64,000 nucleotides of DNA from a virus, in IMG/VR virus record IMGVR_UViG_3300032304_001987, positions 6,424 through 70,423 of that record. One strand, written 5' to 3'. The notes beneath the pieces were generated by a model that ran no database searches, was not told the origin of the DNA, and saw only the letters and a program-made list of their open reading frames with translations. Shown piece by piece: positions 60,625 through 64,000 of the stretch. The translations under genes were made by a program, and so were the position numbers. Positions within the stretch are counted from its first letter, which is position 1. The number at the start of each line of letters is the position of its first letter.

Positions 60625-61638
60625 ATGAGTCTATTTAAAAAAGTAGCTGTCTGCACGGATCTACACTTTGGTCTAAAATCAAACAGCCTGGTACACAATC
60701 AAGACTGTAGTAATTTTATTGACTGGTTTATAAAAACTGCCAAAGAAAACGGTTGTGAAACCGGCATGTTCTTGGGTGACTGGAGCCATCAGCGTGCGGC
60801 CATCAACATGCAGACCTTGCAGTACAGCCTGCGTAGTCTGGAAAAGTTAAGTGCCGCCTTTGATCGCTTTTATTTTATTCCGGGCAATCATGATCTCTAT
60901 TATAGAGACAAACGTGATATCTACTCTACCGAATGGGCCAAGCACATACCCAACATACAGATTGTAAACGATTGGTTCCAAGACGGTGACGTAGTAATTG
61001 CGCCTTGGCTGGTTGGAGATGATCACCGACGCATACCCAAGATGACAGGCCAGTACATGTTTGGCCACTTTGAACTGCCACACTTCAAGATGAATGCCAT
61101 GGTAGAAATGCCTGATCACGGAGAAATCAAAGTTGACAATTTTGGTGGTTTTGAACGTGTGTTCAGTGGGCACTTTCATTTACGGCAACAGAAAAAGAAC
61201 ATACACTACATTGGCAACTGTTTCCCGCACAACTATGCCGACGCTGGCGACTCGGCTCGCGGCATGATGACTTTAGAGTGGGGCCAGAAGCCAGTGTTTC
61301 ATTCATGGCCAGGACAACCTCTCTACCGAGTGTTAAAGCTGAGTCAAGTCATTGACCATGCTCCTGATTTATTGTCACCGAACATGCATGTCAGAGTGGA
61401 GCTGGACATTGATATCAGCTACGAAGAGGCCAATTTTATCAAAGATACTTTTGTCAAGGATTACAATTTGCGAGAGATGGCCTTGATTCCTGTAAAAAGC
61501 ACAGCAGTAGACACGGACATGGCCCCGGGCGAAGTTAAATTTGAAAGCGTGGATCAGATTGTCACAGATCAGATCACCAACATAGAAAGTGAATTCTATG
61601 ACCCTAAACTGTTGCTTAAAATATATCAATCATTGTAA
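60625..61638 (+). CDS. recombination endonuclease subunit (T4 gp47 / SbcD / Mre11-like)
   Basis: TDLHFG, LGDW, PGNHD, GHFE, SGHFH metallophosphoesterase motifs. Confidence 0.93.
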   Translation: MSLFKKVAVCTDLHFGLKSNSLVHNQDCSNFIDWFIKTAKENGCETGMFLGDWSHQRAAINMQTLQYSLRSLEKLSAAFDRFYFIPGNHDLYYRDKRDIYSTEWAKHIPNIQIVNDWFQDGDVVIAPWLVGDDHRRIPKMTGQYMFGHFELPHFKMNAMVEMPDHGEIKVDNFGGFERVFSGHFHLRQQKKNIHYIGNCFPHNYADAGDSARGMMTLEWGQKPVFHSWPGQPLYRVLKLSQVIDHAPDLLSPNMHVRVELDIDISYEEANFIKDTFVKDYNLREMALIPVKSTAVDTDMAPGEVKFESVDQIVTDQITNIESEFYDPKLLLKIYQSL

Positions 61639-61676
61639 AACATACTAAATACGTAAAGATAACCTAATGGAGTTGT

Positions 61677-62414
61677 ATGGAAAATATTTACTATGTTTAC
61701 GCATTGATTGACCCAAGAACAAATTTACCGTTTTATGTAGGTAAAGGAAAAAATAATCGTATGTTGCAACATTTAAAAGAAGGTGCTACAGGCGGAGTAA
61801 AAAAGAATAATAGAATAGCAGAAATTAGAGCCGCAGGGCTTGAACCTGTTGCGGTTAAGTTAGCTGGAAATATGTTTAATAATGAAGCTTACAATTTAGA
61901 AGAAGATATTATCTCAGAATTAGGTAGAGAAGATATTGAAAAAGACGGAGTTTTAACTAATAATAGACTACACGCCCGGGGTCCTGTTATGACTGACGAA
62001 GTTCGATTAGCAATATCTTCTCGGCGTACAGGAATGACATTTAGTAAGGATCATCGTAAGAATTTAAGTTTAGCAAAAGCCGGAAAAACATATGAAGAAA
62101 TTTATGGTATCGAGGGTGCTAAAAAGAGGCGAGAACAATTAGCAGAAAAAAGAAGGCCGATGTCTGAGGGAAGAAAAAATAATATCTCAGCGGCTAAAAA
62201 AGGTATGGATGCTCCGCATGATTGGAGTGTAGCTTCTCGTAAAAAAGTAAGCGATAAGCTAACTGGTGTTCCTAAAAATTTAACCGACGATGAGCATAAA
62301 CGTCGTCAAGAAGTAAACAATTTTTTAATGCAATGCCCGCATTGTAGTGCGGAAGGTAAGGGGCTATCAATGAAACGATGGCACTTTAATAACTGTAAAG
62401 AAAGAGTACATTGA
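61677..62414 (+). mobile_element. free-standing GIY-YIG homing endonuclease with NUMOD3-like repeats
   Basis: YYVYALIDPR...FYVGKG...R..QH; HRKNLSLAKAGK / KNNISAAKKG repeats; CPHC..RWHFNNCK; AT-rich; between gp47 and gp46. Confidence 0.85.
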
Positions 62415-64000
62415 TTAAGCTAAAAAGATTGACAGTAAAAAACTTTATGTCCGTCGGTAATGCGACACAAGGTATTAATTTTGATCGGCAAGATTTAACC
62501 TTAGTTCTCGGCGAAAACCTTGACTTAGGTGGAGATGGATCTCGCAATGGAACTGGAAAAACAACAATTATCAACGCTCTTAGCTATGCGATGTATGGTA
62601 CAGCGTTAAGCAACATAAGACGCGATAATCTCGTAAACAAAACTAACGGTAAGAATATGTTAGTGTCGTTAGACTTTCAAGTAGGTAATCAGGAATTTCA
62701 AATCGAGCGTGGTCGCAAGCCCAATGTGTTGAAATTTTACATTAACAATCAAGAACAGACCATTACCGATGAAGCACAAGGCGATTCAAGAGAAACACAA
62801 GATGCCATTGAACACACCTTGGGACTCAGTCACGACATGTTCAAACACATTTTGGCTCTCAACACCTACACTGAACCATTTTTGAGTTTGAAGGCCAACG
62901 ATCAGCGAACCATCATTGAACAACTCTTGGGCATTACCATGCTGAGCGAGCGTGCTGATCGTATCAAAGAACACAATCGACAGACCAAGGAAGGCATACA
63001 GCAAGAAGAATTTCGCATACGTGCCGTACAGGAAGCCAACAAACGTATAGAAGAACAGATTGAGGCATTACGACGCAGACAAACCTTATGGATGACCAAG
63101 CATGAAGAAGAGATTGAAAAACTCACGGCCGCGCTCGAAGAGCTCAAGAAGATTGACATTGAAGCCGAGATTGCGGCCCACAAGGCACACCGAGTATGGG
63201 ATCAGAAGCGCAAAGATCTTAACGACCTGGCTGGACAGATCTCCCGCACGAAGCTTGATAAAGATCGCGAGAACAAAAGCATTGAGAAGCTTGTCAAAGA
63301 GATTGCGACTCTTGAAGCTCACACATGTCACACCTGTGGGCAGGCTTTCCACGACCATAAGCACCAACAGGTCCTGGCAGGTAAACAGGCTGATCTGGAT
63401 CGAGCGCGAGAAGCGTGCTCAGAACATACACAGCTCTTATCAGAGCTTGAGACTGCCCACACCGCCCTGGGCCTGCTAGGCAAACCTCCGGTGATGTTTT
63501 ATGATCGTGAGGAGGATGCCATCGATCATAGATCTAGTCTGGCTGCGTTGCAAACGCAGTTGGAAAACAAACAGGCCGAAACCGATCCGTATGGCGAGCA
63601 GATCGCTGACATGCAAGGACAGGCCCTGCAAGTGGTCAGCTATGACACACTCAACGAGCTGACCAAATTACAAGAACATCAAGATTTCTTGCTCAAACTC
63701 TTGACCAGCAAGGATTCGTTCATACGCAAGAAAATCATTGAACAGAATCTGAGCTATTTAAACGCTAGACTTACGCACTATTTGGATAGAATTGGCTTGC
63801 CGCACACTGTGGTATTCCAGAATGATCTCAGTGTCAGCATTGAAGAACTGGGTCGTGAACTAGACTTTGACAATTTGAGTCGTGGTGAGCGCAATCGACT
63901 GATTCTTAGCATGAGTTGGGCATTCCGCGATGTGTTTGAAAGTTTATATCAGCCCATCAATGTGTTGTTTATAGACGAAATGATTGATTCGGGTCTAGAC
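62411..64000 (+). CDS. recombination ATPase subunit (T4 gp46 / SbcC / Rad50-like), truncated by the window end
   Basis: TTG start, KNFMSVGN, NGTGKTT Walker A, coiled coil with CHTC zinc hook, LSRGE signature, LFIDE Walker B; missing from the ORF track because it has no stop in the window. Confidence 0.93.
   Translation, partial: MIKLKRLTVKNFMSVGNATQGINFDRQDLTLVLGENLDLGGDGSRNGTGKTTIINALSYAMYGTALSNIRRDNLVNKTNGKNMLVSLDFQVGNQEFQIERGRKPNVLKFYINNQEQTITDEAQGDSRETQDAIEHTLGLSHDMFKHILALNTYTEPFLSLKANDQRTIIEQLLGITMLSERADRIKEHNRQTKEGIQQEEFRIRAVQEANKRIEEQIEALRRRQTLWMTKHEEEIEKLTAALEELKKIDIEAEIAAHKAHRVWDQKRKDLNDLAGQISRTKLDKDRENKSIEKLVKEIATLEAHTCHTCGQAFHDHKHQQVLAGKQADLDRAREACSEHTQLLSELETAHTALGLLGKPPVMFYDREEDAIDHRSSLAALQTQLENKQAETDPYGEQIADMQGQALQVVSYDTLNELTKLQEHQDFLLKLLTSKDSFIRKKIIEQNLSYLNARLTHYLDRIGLPHTVVFQNDLSVSIEELGRELDFDNLSRGERNRLILSMSWAFRDVFESLYQPINVLFIDEMIDSGLD

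Noticed and set aside
61677-62414. Group I intron or intein hosting the endonuclease
   Set aside because: gp47 ends and gp46 begins with intact termini, so the endonuclease is free-standing
63102-63479. 125-aa basic ORF
   Set aside because: Alternative frame inside gp46, which runs from 62411 to the window end
1-64000. Stop-codon reassignment as seen in some large phages
   Set aside because: Genes tile densely in the standard code, and TAA, TGA and TAG all end plausible full-length proteins
1-64000. tRNA, rRNA, or DGR/retron elements
   Set aside because: Intergenic gaps are too short or are explained by promoters and terminators; no reverse transcriptase motif or template/variable repeat pair was seen by eye

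Overview
This window is part of a large T4-like (myovirus/jumbo-type) bacteriophage genome in the standard genetic code, with four blocks. (1) About 1-7.7 kb is an accessory region of small hypothetical genes, many ending in an F-x-L-[KR]-[WFY] motif. It also holds AT-rich enzyme insertions (AMP-binding enzyme, N-type ATP pyrophosphatase) and a DUF2201/VWA metallopeptidase. (2) About 7.7-29.6 kb is an unusually large biosynthetic locus: NAD-dependent epimerase, DegT aminotransferase, amidinotransferase, NodU/CmcH carbamoyltransferase, five radical SAM enzymes with N-terminal Cys-rich auxiliary domains, about seven glycosyltransferase-like genes in three paralogue families, and an unannotated 33-aa peptide. 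(3) About 29.9-59.6 kb is a minus-strand tail/baseplate module: fibre-like proteins, a 4792-aa giant, gp6-, gp25-, gp5- and gp53-like proteins, and a lysozyme-like protein with 11-mer repeats. (4) About 59.6-64 kb carries a gp55-like late sigma factor, gp47, a GIY-YIG homing endonuclease and gp46 (cut by the window end). The best candidate for a new system is the radical-SAM/guanidino/carbamoyl/glycosyltransferase locus beside the tail-fibre genes. All family calls come from reading motifs by eye; no searches were run.
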